A stretch of 64,000 nucleotides of DNA from Synechococcus sp. (GCA_051439605.1 JBFRWN010000081.1:11717-75716), one strand, 5' to 3'; shown: positions 33,109-43,036, counted from the first letter of the stretch. The notes: generated by a model not told the origin, from the letters alone. A program made the numbers and translations.

Positions 33109-33645
33109 ATGGCAGACGAGACAGAAAAGTGGCTAACCATTGGCAAGATTCAATCCCCCCATGGTTTAAAGGGCCTTGTCAAAGTGCGCAGCTTTTCGGA
33201 TTTTCCCGAACGGTTTTTGCAGCCGGGTAAGCGATGGTTGCAGAAAGATGGGGAGACACCAGTGGAGGTGGAATTAATCCGTGGGACGTTTCAGCCGGGG
33301 AAGAAGCTGTACTTGGTGCAGTTCGACAAAATTGACAGCCGCAATGCGTCAGAGGACTGGACGGGGGCTCTGGTCGTTGTGCCCCAAGGCGATCGCCCCC
33401 AACTGGATGAAGAGGAATACCACCTAGCCGACTTAATGGGGATGGAGGTCGTGGAGCAGAATACAGAACGGTTGCTGGGGACTGTGGCGTCAGTAATGGC
33501 AGCAGGAAACGATTTGCTAGAGGTGCGACAGGGAGACAAGACGGTGTTGATTCCATTTGTGAAAGTATTTGTCCCCGTAGTGGACCTTGATACTGGGCGG
33601 ATCGAGGTCACTCCTCCAGAGGGACTTATTCCCGAGGATTGGTAG
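33109..33645 (+). CDS. rimM: Ribosome maturation factor RimM
   Basis: IGKIQSPHGLKGLVKV, EEEYHLADLMG, GNDLLEV, LIPFV. Confidence 0.95.
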   Translation: MADETEKWLTIGKIQSPHGLKGLVKVRSFSDFPERFLQPGKRWLQKDGETPVEVELIRGTFQPGKKLYLVQFDKIDSRNASEDWTGALVVVPQGDRPQLDEEEYHLADLMGMEVVEQNTERLLGTVASVMAAGNDLLEVRQGDKTVLIPFVKVFVPVVDLDTGRIEVTPPEGLIPEDW

Positions 33646-33741
33646 CACAGAATTGTTACGAGAATGAGTGTTACCGTTTGCACGTTAGGAACTATCTGGC
33701 TATCTTTAAGTAAATTTCTGTTAAGCCTTGACGGAATAAGA

Positions 33742-33770
33742 TTTACATTCGATTTACATTCGTTTACAGG
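33742..33770 (+). promoter_or_regulatory. HLR1-like (RpaB) TTTACA direct repeats
   Basis: TTTACA at 33742, 33753 and 33763. TTTACATT-CG-TTTACAGG fits the HLR1 8+2+8 layout. Confidence 0.4.
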
Positions 33771-34025
33771 CAAGATCTGCCGTCTCGCGGTAATCTTAAT
33801 TCTGCAAATTGTACGGGTGAAATGGAGAGAGCGGTCAAACCACTCGAGAAACTCCGATAAACTGCAACTGCCCTGACTGAGATTGTGTGCTTTTGCGTAA
33901 ACAAAAGTTTGCTCTATCGGTTAAGTGGATTCTCGTGCGGGTAGAATAACTTACAATAGAATGGAATTTCTCTATTATTTTTTACCTGCTAGCCTGCTGA
34001 ATTTTCCGAAGAGGCCAAGAAAACC

Positions 34026-34373
34026 GTGTCTATGTCAAACGCAGATATACGCAACTACTTGACAGCTGATGAGTTAAGTCAGTGGGATTTGATTCGCTTT
34101 TGTATAGAAAGTAACTTTAAACGGGATCTTACCTTCCGAATTGCCCCCTTCTACGAAGACGCACGGCAGGCAGAGCAAGAGTTGCGGTTCGATTTGGCCG
34201 CGATGCTGAGGACGATTGCCCAGCAGGTTTTGGCGACTTTAGAACAAGAAAAAGTGGACAGGCTAACAGCTGAGCTAGAGGGATTTTTAGCGACGCTGCG
34301 CGATCGCGAGCGAGCTAACACCATCGAGTGCCTGCAAGATGAAATCCTGCGGACCGCCAGCAGTGACTCCTGA
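34026..34373 (+). CDS. Hypothetical helical protein
   Basis: 115-aa ORF with amphipathic helices, GAGG upstream, no competing large ORF. Confidence 0.65.
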   Translation: MSMSNADIRNYLTADELSQWDLIRFCIESNFKRDLTFRIAPFYEDARQAEQELRFDLAAMLRTIAQQVLATLEQEKVDRLTAELEGFLATLRDRERANTIECLQDEILRTASSDS

Positions 34374-34528
34374 CACGAACTTGTCCTGCATCTTTAAAAA
34401 TGCTGTTTTTGGAACTGGAATTCTGTACAGAATTTCAGTTCCAACTTTTAGATGGTTTTCGCGGTTTCTAGTTCATTACAAACTATTGATATCTCATCGA
34501 GGCCGAGAAGCTCTATTCCCATTCAGGG

Positions 34529-34680
34529 GTCTAGATCGCTGAGATTTACTCAGTAAAAAGTAAGACCCGCCCCCTGGCTTTCCCAGACCCGCAAACTTGC
34601 ATCACATACCTGAGCCATCTGCACAACCAAGCGAGTCTACCCGTTACCCATACCAGGAGACCTAGGCGAAAAGGCTAGAC
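34529..34680 (-). ncRNA. Candidate 6S (SsaA)-like RNA
   Basis: The minus strand folds into a long interrupted rod (GTCTAG/CTAGAC, CTCCTGGT/GCCAGGGG, AGACTCGC/GCGGGTCT). It contains CTCGCTTGGTT..GCAGATGGC, reminiscent of cyanobacterial 6S. A -10 TAGATT lies 6 nt upstream. Confidence 0.45.
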
Positions 34681-34816
34681 TAAAACAATCTATTGATGTT
34701 GCTATCTCAATTAGGGCAACAAGACCTTTGTCCAGTAAGTGTTCTGGATGGCTGAGATGTCTTAAGCGACTGGACTGTCGCAAAATCAGCCTTTATCACC
34801 ATCATTGGCTCGGAAA

Positions 34817-35248
34817 ATGCAAAGCACTATTTTTCACCTCGCCTTTCCCATCGTCGATATCCCTCTAACCAAGGAGTTTTATGCCGCAGGTCTAGGCTGT
34901 GATATTGGACGGGAAACCCCCACATCCATCATTCTCAATCTCTACGGAAACCAGTTAGTCGGCCATGTGACCAAGCAACCCATAGAGCCTCAACGGGGGA
35001 TTTATCCGCGGCATTTTGGGCTCATCTTTACGGAACTCCGCGAGTGGGAAGCTTTGCTAGAACGCTGCCAGAAAAAGGCGCTGACCTTCTTTCAGCAGCC
35101 TAAACAGCGGTTTGTGGGGGAAATCACCGAGCATCACACCTTCTTTCTGGCCGATCCCTTCCACAACTTATTGGAGTTCAAGCATTACACTCATTTTGAA
35201 AGTGTCTTTGGGGCCAGCGACTTTGGACTCGTGGGCGATCGCACTTAA
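34817..35248 (+). CDS. VOC/glyoxalase family protein
   Basis: FHLAFP, FYAAGLGC, PRHFG, FFLADPFHNLLEFK. Confidence 0.9.
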   Translation: MQSTIFHLAFPIVDIPLTKEFYAAGLGCDIGRETPTSIILNLYGNQLVGHVTKQPIEPQRGIYPRHFGLIFTELREWEALLERCQKKALTFFQQPKQRFVGEITEHHTFFLADPFHNLLEFKHYTHFESVFGASDFGLVGDRT

Positions 35249-35296
35249 TGCTCCAGATACTCCCCGCTATGCGGGGGCCTGGACCCACGAATTCCC

Positions 35297-36586
35297 TTAG
35301 ACTAACCCCTTCATCGCCAATATTGCGGTACCGTAGGCTGCATCCATATGGGGGGAAGCTCTTACTGGAACCCCTAACTTTCGCTCGCGAATGGCTGTCC
35401 ACGTTTGGTTCGAAGCCCCTCCCCCTGCAGAGAACACGCGCGTAACGGCGGTTCCGCCTAGTTCTTCCAACAGTTGATAGCCCCGAGCTTCAATTTGGGC
35501 CATGCCTTCGAACAATCCGTGCAAAAAGTCTGCATCATTCTGCGGTCGAGGAGCAAGTCGAGGGACCAATTCCGCATCGTTCACGGGAAACCGTTCCCCA
35601 GGTTTACACAGGGGGTAATAATCTAGACAACTCTCCTTTGTAGGATCGATGCGATCGCTCAACTCCCGCAGCTGAGCATCGCGAAAAAACTGCCGTAGCA
35701 CTGCCCCACCAGTATTGGAGGCCCCACCCACCAACCAGCTATCGCCCAACCGATGGCTGTAGATGCCGTAACGGCGATTGTCCACCCGTCGTTCGCTGAG
35801 TAGCTTCACCGCTAAGGTCGATCCCAAAGAGGTCACCGCATGTCCGGATTTATGAACGCCGCTGGCTAAGAAGGCGGCAATGCTATCGGTTGTCCCCGCT
35901 TTCACTTGGCAAGTGGGAGGAAAGTTATATCGCTGGACAATCCGCTCTTGGATCGCGCCGACCCCATCCCCTGGGGTCAACACCTGCGGTAAAAAGGGAG
36001 TCAGCGATCGACCATTGACCTGCAGCGAGTCCAACCAATTCGGCCAGCACAAGTTGCCAACGTCGTAGCCTAGCTTGAGGCAATTGTGGTAGTCGCTCAC
36101 CCCCAAACGTCCGTGCAGCAACCATCCCAGCCAATCTGCCTGGCTAAGGCAATGGGCGGCATCTCCACCCATCTCTGAGAGCAGCCAGCAGAGCTTAGCC
36201 AAGCCAGACGTAGCGCTTAACACCACCTGCTGGGGCGGTACTCGCTCGGTCAAGACCGATAGCCATTGGCTGGCACGATCGTCGTTGTACATCAGCGGGG
36301 CATGGAGTGGCTGCCCACTAGCGTCGCAAAGCAATGTGGTAGATGAGGTGCCATCAATGGCGATTGCCTGCACCTGTTGCCGAATTTTTAGCGGTAGTTC
36401 TTGGAGCAGTTTCCACAGCGTTGATTGCCAGTCAAATGCTCTATTCTTAGACGGAAAAACGGGGTAGCTGCAATTGGCCCGAGCGTGAATATCCCCATTG
36501 TCGTCAATGGCGATCGCCCTAGCCCCTGAAGTGCCAAAATCCAGGCCCAAAAACAAAGTCATGTCCTTATCTGTGGAGGGCTCCAT
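35297..36586 (-). CDS. FGGY-family carbohydrate kinase (ribulokinase/xylulokinase-like)
   Basis: LGLDFGTSGAR, IDGTSST, GTTDSIAAF, SLGSTL, GGASNTGG, AGGGA. Confidence 0.92.
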   Translation of the reverse strand: MEPSTDKDMTLFLGLDFGTSGARAIAIDDNGDIHARANCSYPVFPSKNRAFDWQSTLWKLLQELPLKIRQQVQAIAIDGTSSTTLLCDASGQPLHAPLMYNDDRASQWLSVLTERVPPQQVVLSATSGLAKLCWLLSEMGGDAAHCLSQADWLGWLLHGRLGVSDYHNCLKLGYDVGNLCWPNWLDSLQVNGRSLTPFLPQVLTPGDGVGAIQERIVQRYNFPPTCQVKAGTTDSIAAFLASGVHKSGHAVTSLGSTLAVKLLSERRVDNRRYGIYSHRLGDSWLVGGASNTGGAVLRQFFRDAQLRELSDRIDPTKESCLDYYPLCKPGERFPVNDAELVPRLAPRPQNDADFLHGLFEGMAQIEARGYQLLEELGGTAVTRVFSAGGGASNQTWTAIRERKLGVPVRASPHMDAAYGTAILAMKGLV

Positions 36587-36870
36587 AGAACGTTACAACG
36601 AACGCGATTTTGTAAAAGAACATCTCAATTCAAGTCAAACTAGCTGGTTAACCATGGAGAGACCCCTACCGGAGGGTTAATGTGAGGTTAATGCAGCTTG
36701 AATGTCTCTGGATATTGCTGCTTCGCAGTTTTGCACGTGTATTTCAATCCTCTGTGGACGTCTGAATTATGTCAGATGATAGAGAAGTGCATCCTGCAAT
36801 ATTGCGATCGCCACACCGACAGAAGCTGCATCGCTGACATGCACGCTACTCCGTGCAAGAGAGGTTTCTT

Positions 36871-38925
36871 ATGAAAGGTAAAAGGCTATCGGACTCACGA
36901 AATGTAGCCATCGTGGGTCCGTACTCCAGCGGGAAAACAACGTTACTCGAAAGCTTGCTCTACGTTACCGGAACCATCACCCGCAAAGGGGCTGTGACAG
37001 AGGGCAATAGTGTCGGGGACGCCACACCAGAGGCCCGCAACCGCCACATGAGCACAGAAGTGAATGCCGCCTGCCTTGAGTACGGCGGCATTTCTTTTAC
37101 GTTTCTAGACTGTCCCGGATCGATTGAATTAACCCAAGACACCTACAGTGCCTTGGTAGGGGTGGATGCCGCCATTATTGTGTGCGAGCCCGATCAGCTG
37201 ATCTCCACCTCCAGCGAACACAAAGCCGTTACTCTGGCCCCGCTGTTCCAATTTTTAGATGATTGGGAAATCCCCCATTTGGTCACGATCAACAAAATGG
37301 ACCGCATTCGGGGCACCTATCTCGATATGTTAGAGGCGCTTAAATCCGTCTCCCGTCGCCCCGTCATCCCCCAACAGTTCCCCATTCGCCAGGGGGATGA
37401 CGTCATAGGTTTTATCGATCTAGTGGACGAGCAAGCCTATCATTACCACCCTGGTGCAGCCGCAGACCCTATTCCACTACCCGAAGATCTGCAGGACCTA
37501 GAAAAAGCTGCTCGCATGGAAATGCTGGAAACGCTGGCAGATTTTGATGACCACCTGTTAGAGGAGCTACTGGAGGACATCGACCCCCCCACCGAAGAAA
37601 TTCACAAGGATTTGAAGATGGAGCTGGGGGCCGATTTAATCGTGCCGGTGTTCATCGGCATCTCCCAAGCAGACTTCGGCATGCGCCCCCTCTTAGACGC
37701 CCTCGTGCAGGAAGCCCCCGAACCGATGGTGACCGCCGAACGCAGAAGCCTTAAGGGAAGTGCCGATGGTGAGCCTCTGGTACAGGTGCTGAAAACCTAC
37801 TATAACCAGCAGGGCAACAAACTGTCGTTGGTGCGAGTCTGGCAAGGAACCCTCACCGACAGCAGCGTTCTCAATGGAACCCGCATCGGGGGGCTCTATC
37901 GCCTCAAGGGTCAGCAGCAAGATAGCTTGCAAGTTGCGCCGGCAGGGGCAATTGTGGGCATTAGTCGAATGGACAATCCTAAGACCGGCGACACGCTCTC
38001 CTCGGTTGCAGTGGAGGAGGAACTCCCTCGAGCCAATGCAATAGAGCCGGTGTATGCTTTGGCGATTGCTCCCGATAACCGCAGAGACGAAGTTAAACTC
38101 AGCGGGGCCTTGGCCAAGCTCGTGGAGGAAGATCCCTCCCTCCATTGGGAGCATCACGGCGATACCCACGAAGTGATTTTGTGGGGGCAGGGGCACATTC
38201 ACTTGCAAATTGCCCTCGATCGCCTCAAAGGCAAATTCAATCTGCCCATGAACACCCATATACCTCACGTGGCTTATCGGGAAACCATTCGCAAGCCTCG
38301 CCAGTCAGCCCACGGTCGCTACAAGCGGCAATCGGGTGGCCACGGACAGTTTGGAGATGTATATCTCGATATTCAGCCTCTGCCGCGCGGTCAGGGAAAT
38401 GCCTTTGCACAGACCATTGTGGGTGGGGTAGTACCCAAGCAGTACATCCCTGGGGTCGAAACTGGCGTGAACGAGTACCTGCAGCACGGACCGCTGGGCT
38501 TCCCCGTTGTGGATGTAGCCGTCACCCTCAAAGATGGCAGCTACCACAGCGTCGATAGCTCCGAACAGGCGTTTAAGCAGGCCGCTCGCCTCGCATTACA
38601 AGAGGGCATGCCCCAGTGCGAGCCGCTGTTGTTAGAGCCGATCGATTCCCTGGAGATATCTGTCCCTTCGGAATTTACCTCTAATGTGCTCAGCATCGTT
38701 AGCGGTCGGCGCGGTCAAATTTTGGGGTACACCCCCAAGCAGAACTGGCCGGGCTGGGATGTGGTTTCTGCCTACATGCCAGAGTCCGAAATGCAGACCC
38801 TGATTGTAGAGCTGCGATCGCAAACTTTGGGTGTCGCAACGTTTGAGTGGCGCTACGATCGCCTGCAGGAAGTACCGGAAAAATTAGCGGAGAAAGTGCT
38901 GGCACATGAAAGCAACGATCGTTAA
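36871..38925 (+). CDS. Elongation factor G paralogue (EF-G2-like)
   Basis: GPYSSGKTT, DCPG, NKMD, VAYRETI, KRQSGGHGQFG, DGSYHSVDSS; located outside the str operon. Confidence 0.92.
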   Translation: MKGKRLSDSRNVAIVGPYSSGKTTLLESLLYVTGTITRKGAVTEGNSVGDATPEARNRHMSTEVNAACLEYGGISFTFLDCPGSIELTQDTYSALVGVDAAIIVCEPDQLISTSSEHKAVTLAPLFQFLDDWEIPHLVTINKMDRIRGTYLDMLEALKSVSRRPVIPQQFPIRQGDDVIGFIDLVDEQAYHYHPGAAADPIPLPEDLQDLEKAARMEMLETLADFDDHLLEELLEDIDPPTEEIHKDLKMELGADLIVPVFIGISQADFGMRPLLDALVQEAPEPMVTAERRSLKGSADGEPLVQVLKTYYNQQGNKLSLVRVWQGTLTDSSVLNGTRIGGLYRLKGQQQDSLQVAPAGAIVGISRMDNPKTGDTLSSVAVEEELPRANAIEPVYALAIAPDNRRDEVKLSGALAKLVEEDPSLHWEHHGDTHEVILWGQGHIHLQIALDRLKGKFNLPMNTHIPHVAYRETIRKPRQSAHGRYKRQSGGHGQFGDVYLDIQPLPRGQGNAFAQTIVGGVVPKQYIPGVETGVNEYLQHGPLGFPVVDVAVTLKDGSYHSVDSSEQAFKQAARLALQEGMPQCEPLLLEPIDSLEISVPSEFTSNVLSIVSGRRGQILGYTPKQNWPGWDVVSAYMPESEMQTLIVELRSQTLGVATFEWRYDRLQEVPEKLAEKVLAHESNDR

Positions 38926-38979
38926 CGGTTCTGCTGTGTAGCTCTCTTTTTCCTTTGACGAACTGTTTCCTTTGATGAC

Positions 38980-39010
38980 AGACGTGCTTCAGCGAAGCAC
39001 GTCTTTTCTC
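38980..39010 (+). terminator. Intrinsic terminator after EF-G paralogue
   Basis: AGACGTGCTTC-AGC-GAAGCACGTCT followed by TTT. Confidence 0.7.
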
Positions 39011-39264
39011 TACCTATGGCTTTAAGCATGTCAGTTCAGACAGAGGCTGACGGACCGGTCCAGTTGACAGTGACTGGGTAGAGAATCGCTAAATCACAAA
39101 AATCGCTAAATCACAAAAGACGATCTCGTGCCCCCTTGATTATGGGCCTCTATCTCTGGATACACAGCAATGACTCTGAATCAGCTGTAAAACTTGTAGG
39201 CTGCATGTAATAATCCTTATCATAGAATTAATTCTTTAATCTATCGGCATAAAGGAGATCTGCG

Positions 39265-39510
39265 ATGGCAGGCGATACTGGCGAACGGCCATTTTCAGAC
39301 ATCATCACTAGCGTCCGCTACTGGGTTATTCACGCATTAACCATTCCAGTACTTTTCTTGGCTGGTTGGCTGTTTGTCAGTACCGGCTTAGCTTACGACG
39401 TGTTCGGTACCCCCCGTCCGGATGAATACTTTACCTCCGGTCGACAGGAATTGCCTATCGTACGCGATCGCTACGATGCTGGTGGTCAAATCAGCGATTA
39501 CATCAAGTAA
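39265..39510 (+). CDS. psbE: Cytochrome b559 alpha subunit
   Basis: [18 protein letters not shown]...[21 protein letters not shown] ribosome-binding site. Confidence 0.98.
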   Translation: MAGDTGERPFSDIITSVRYWVIHALTIPVLFLAGWLFVSTGLAYDVFGTPRPDEYFTSGRQELPIVRDRYDAGGQISDYIK

Positions 39511-39540
39511 CGTTTCATTCGATTTTCCAAGGTTGCCCTT

Positions 39541-39675
39541 ATGAATTCCCCTAACTCTAACGAGCCGGTCTACTACCCCGTCTTCACCGTACGCTGGCTT
39601 GCTGTTCACACCTTAGGTGTTCCTACCGTCTTCTTCATAGGCGCGATCGCCGCAATGCAGTTTATTGGGAGATAG
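39541..39675 (+). CDS. psbF: Cytochrome b559 beta subunit
   Basis: Hand translation: [44 protein letters not shown]. Confidence 0.97.
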   Translation: MNSPNSNEPVYYPVFTVRWLAVHTLGVPTVFFIGAIAAMQFIGR

Positions 39676-39681
39676 CCCACC

Positions 39682-39813
39682 ATGCCCGAAGGATCTCAGC
39701 CCGATAAGAACCCCAACAGTCAACCAGTTGAGTTGAACCGCACCTCCCTATACTTGGGTTTGTTGCTGGTGTTTACCACTGCTCTGCTGTTTTCCAGCTA
39801 CTTGTTGAACTAA
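39682..39813 (+). CDS. psbL: Photosystem II protein L
   Basis: Hand translation: [43 protein letters not shown]. Confidence 0.96.
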   Translation: MPEGSQPDKNPNSQPVELNRTSLYLGLLLVFTTALLFSSYLLN

Positions 39814-39844
39814 GTTTTAAGCTAGCGATTTACGGAGAAAAAGA

Positions 39845-39964
39845 ATGACAGGTCAAGCACGCATTCCTCTTTGGATTGTGGCAACCATTGCCGGGATGGG
39901 CGTTGTTGCCGTTCTAGGATTATTTTTCTACGGTTCCTATGTTGGTGTTGGCTCTAGTCTGTAA
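39845..39964 (+). CDS. psbJ: Photosystem II protein J
   Basis: Hand translation: [39 protein letters not shown]. Confidence 0.96.
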   Translation: MTGQARIPLWIVATIAGMGVVAVLGLFFYGSYVGVGSSL

Positions 39965-40001
39965 GCCATCTAGAACCCATCATTAGGTTTACTTCTCAAT
40001 T

Positions 40002-40040
40002 AAAGAAACCGCCTGAAATTGAGGCGGTTTCTTTGTTTTT
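40002..40040. terminator. Terminator between psbJ and convergent psaI
   Basis: AAAGAAACCGCCT / AGGCGGTTTCTTT inverted repeat followed by GTTTTT. Confidence 0.8.
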
Positions 40041-40066
40041 GTTCTATCGAGTTTTATTAGCAGGAG

Positions 40067-40174
40067 TTATGCAGGCTCGTTCTCGATCCACAAAAACAGG
40101 GTGACGATCGCAATCGCAGGCAAAACCAGACCAACAGAAAGAACCATATAAGGCTGAAGATAAGCTGCTGTCAT
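40067..40174 (-). CDS. psaI: Photosystem I subunit VIII
   Basis: Hand translation: MTAAYLQPYMVLSVGLVLPAIAIVTLFLWIENEPA. Matches the PsaI pattern (AxL...G...P.....LFxxIE); convergent with psbJ. Confidence 0.8.
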   Translation of the reverse strand: MTAAYLQPYMVLSVGLVLPAIAIVTLFLWIENEPA

Positions 40175-40335
40175 GAAAGCATCCTAAAAGAAAGTCACAC
40201 CTGCCAAGGTATCACGGGGATTTCCAGGGACGAAAAAACGTTAAATCCTGTAACGCTCGACAATTGGGGAATTCTGTATAAGCTTGGCGCGAGCCTCGTT
40301 ATTGTGATGGCAAAATTGAGAATCAGCCCTTTAAA

Positions 40336-42219
40336 TCAACGACTGTTACTGGGCGGATCGGGAAGCAGCAACGCACGAATCGTCCGGGCTGCTGACCGCT
40401 GTACCCACCGGGAAACGAGCTGTTGCCCTAATTCGCGGGCTTCAGGCTTCAAGGCAGCCTTGCCGATTGCAGGTAAGAACTTCAGGGGTTCAAAATTCCG
40501 ATCTTTCTGCAACATTTTCCAAACCCGCTGTAGGTTCTCAATGCCGTCGCTACCACTGTTGTTAGAGGAGAAGACAATTCCGGCAATGCGTTCTCGAATG
40601 AAGGCCCCCCGCTCGGAGAGGAGAAAATCAAGGGCGCGATCTGCTGCTGTCTCTAGGTCGTAGTCTTCGCTGCTGCTGGCATTGCGCAGTAGATTTTCTA
40701 AACGATTCCAGCGGAACTCGCCCTCTCGAAACAGAACGTCTTGTAAGGATTTACGCAAGGCTGGCGCATCGTCACTCAATAAACGATTGGCGATGTAAGG
40801 GTAGGCAACGCTCAAGACTTTAAAGTCGGGATCGATGCCGATGGCAATTCCCTCTAATGTCAGCAACGAGCGAATAATTAACGCGTAATAGGCAGGGACA
40901 CGGAAGGGATATTCGTACATTACCGAAGACAGTTGGTCGGTAATGCTCTTGAAATTCAGTTCGCTGACGCTGGCTCCCATGGCGCTTGCAAAGACTTCTC
41001 CCAAGGCTGGAATGATGGGTGATAAGTCGGTTTCAGGGGTCAGAAAGCCCAACTCGACGTAATCGTAAGCCAACCCCTCAAAGTCACGATTGACCAAATG
41101 AACGATCGCATTAATCAGGCCGTAACGCTGATGAGGTAGAACATTACTCATCATGCCGAAGTCGAGATAGGCTAAGCGACCGTCTGGCATAGCCAGCAAG
41201 TTGCCAGGGTGGGGGTCGGCATGAAAAAAGCCATTTTCTAGGAGCTGGCGTAACGAGCAATTGACGCCGATTTCAATCAGCTCCCGACCATCTAGCCCTT
41301 GTGCCTCAATTTTTTCTAGCTCTGTCAACTTGGTACCATCAATCCACTCCATCGTCATGACTTTGCGACGGGTGTATTTCCAGTGAATGCGGGGAGTGTG
41401 AATGGCCGGATGGGCATAGAGGCGGCGGAACTTTTCTGCATTGCGACCCTCCTTTTGATAATCCATCTCTTCGTAGAGTTTGCTGGCAAACTCGTCTACG
41501 ATCGCCACCAAGTCACTTTTGACGATAGAAAGATTTTGCTTTGCCCAATCCGCCAACAGACGAACAATGTAGATATCGATGGAGATGCGATCGATCAGGT
41601 CGGGCCGCTGCACCTTAATGGCAACCTCTTCCCCCGTAGTGCGCAAATTCCCTTTGTACACCTGCCCCAAACTGGCGGCGGCCACTGGGGTTGGAGTCAG
41701 GTTTTTATAAATTTCATCAGGTTTCGCCCCCAACTGCTCTTCTATGAGGTTGTAGGCAATCGAATTCGAGAAGGGTGGCAGTTGGTCCTGCAGCTTGGTG
41801 AGTTCCTCTAAAAAGACTGGGGAAACTAAGTCTGGACGGGTGGATAGGGCTTGACCGATTTTGATATAGGCAGGACCCAACTCCGTCAAGATTTCTCGCA
41901 ATCTGATGGCATACCGTCGGCGACGGCGCTTGGATTGACCCAACAGGCGATCGAACTGAAACCGCAGAATCAAAAGCAAAAACGGCAACGCTACTGCAAC
42001 GATGCGGTTGAAAATAGAGAAAAATTGACCCTCATAGCGCTCGGAGATTGCTTCTGGGTCGTATGGATCCTCCGGGGGAGAGTCTAGCCAGCGTTCGATA
42101 TCTGCCGGGGATTTTAAATTTGCGTATCTCACAAATTCGTCTGGTTTGGATGCAACCAGGCGTAATGGCGAGGAACGTTCACGACGAGTCACCGGAGGAG
42201 CGATGGGCGTAGCAGCCAT
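40336..42219 (-). CDS. ABC1/UbiB/AarF family atypical kinase
   Basis: LGPAYIKIGQALSTRPDL, AAASLGQVY, VAIKVQRP, FFHADPHPGN, DFGM. Start uncertain (ORF open to 42315). Confidence 0.93.
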   Translation of the reverse strand: MAATPIAPPVTRRERSSPLRLVASKPDEFVRYANLKSPADIERWLDSPPEDPYDPEAISERYEGQFFSIFNRIVAVALPFLLLILRFQFDRLLGQSKRRRRRYAIRLREILTELGPAYIKIGQALSTRPDLVSPVFLEELTKLQDQLPPFSNSIAYNLIEEQLGAKPDEIYKNLTPTPVAAASLGQVYKGNLRTTGEEVAIKVQRPDLIDRISIDIYIVRLLADWAKQNLSIVKSDLVAIVDEFASKLYEEMDYQKEGRNAEKFRRLYAHPAIHTPRIHWKYTRRKVMTMEWIDGTKLTELEKIEAQGLDGRELIEIGVNCSLRQLLENGFFHADPHPGNLLAMPDGRLAYLDFGMMSNVLPHQRYGLINAIVHLVNRDFEGLAYDYVELGFLTPETDLSPIIPALGEVFASAMGASVSELNFKSITDQLSSVMYEYPFRVPAYYALIIRSLLTLEGIAIGIDPDFKVLSVAYPYIANRLLSDDAPALRKSLQDVLFREGEFRWNRLENLLRNASSSEDYDLETAADRALDFLLSERGAFIRERIAGIVFSSNNSGSDGIENLQRVWKMLQKDRNFEPLKFLPAIGKAALKPEARELGQQLVSRWVQRSAARTIRALLLPDPPSNSR

Positions 42220-42451
42220 AAGGTTTGCTTTTGGTTTTTCTTTACACATCTTAACGTAGTCACTGGCAATCGATCGGATTGTTGCAAGAAGTTCACCCAG
42301 CAATGCAGTTGCCATTCCAATGGCGCATGCTGACTCTGATGCAGGAATGGGGCTAAGGCGGGAATAAGGATAATTTCGAGCGATCGGCAGCGTTCCTTTG
42401 TTGATTTTTGTACATTAGGGAGCATCACCGAGACACTCAGAGAGATCGACT

Positions 42452-43036
42452 ATGGCGAAGGGTAATTGGCGTCGAATTCAATTGGGGCTGGCTTCATTGG
42501 GTGTGGGTTTGGCAGCAACCGTCAGCGTTTGCGCCCTTTCCACCCAAGCGAACCTCTCTGACCCCAACGAGCGTTACATCGCCAAGGTGTTGCGTGTGGT
42601 GGATGGCGAAACCTTAATGGTGCAATTTCTCGACAATGATGGAGAACCAGGGGGCATTCCCTTTAACGGCATCGTTAAGCTAGAACTCTTGGGCATTGAC
42701 GCTCCTCTAGAAGAGCAAATGCGATTTAGTTACTTTACCGGTCAATATTTGCAGGATCGGGTTAACCACCAAACTATCTATGTAGAGTTCCCCGAAGCAC
42801 AGTTTGACGATAGCGACTTTCTTTCGGCCTACATCTGGGTCGGCGAGACGATGGTGAACGAGGAGATGCTGAGACTTGGCCATGCCTTGATTGAAGAGCC
42901 TTCTAGAGAGATCAGGTACGGACAGGAATTCTCTGCGGCGCAAGAGCTCGCCCAAAAGCGCGGGCTCGGTATTTGGAACTTTTACAGTCCCTTACGGCAA
43001 ACCCCGGCAGAGTTCCGCCAAACATTAGGTGGATAA
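42452..43036 (+). CDS. Thermonuclease (SNase)-fold protein, probably catalytically degenerate
   Basis: Signal/TM segment, RVVDGETL, LLGIDAP, VNEEMLRLGHA, AQKRGLGIW. Confidence 0.8.
   Translation: MAKGNWRRIQLGLASLGVGLAATVSVCALSTQANLSDPNERYIAKVLRVVDGETLMVQFLDNDGEPGGIPFNGIVKLELLGIDAPLEEQMRFSYFTGQYLQDRVNHQTIYVEFPEAQFDDSDFLSAYIWVGETMVNEEMLRLGHALIEEPSREIRYGQEFSAAQELAQKRGLGIWNFYSPLRQTPAEFRQTLGG

Noticed and set aside
36871..38925. EF-G paralogue as a tetracycline-resistance (TetM-like) or novel GTPase
   Set aside because: It fits the common cyanobacterial secondary EF-G family and has no mobile context.
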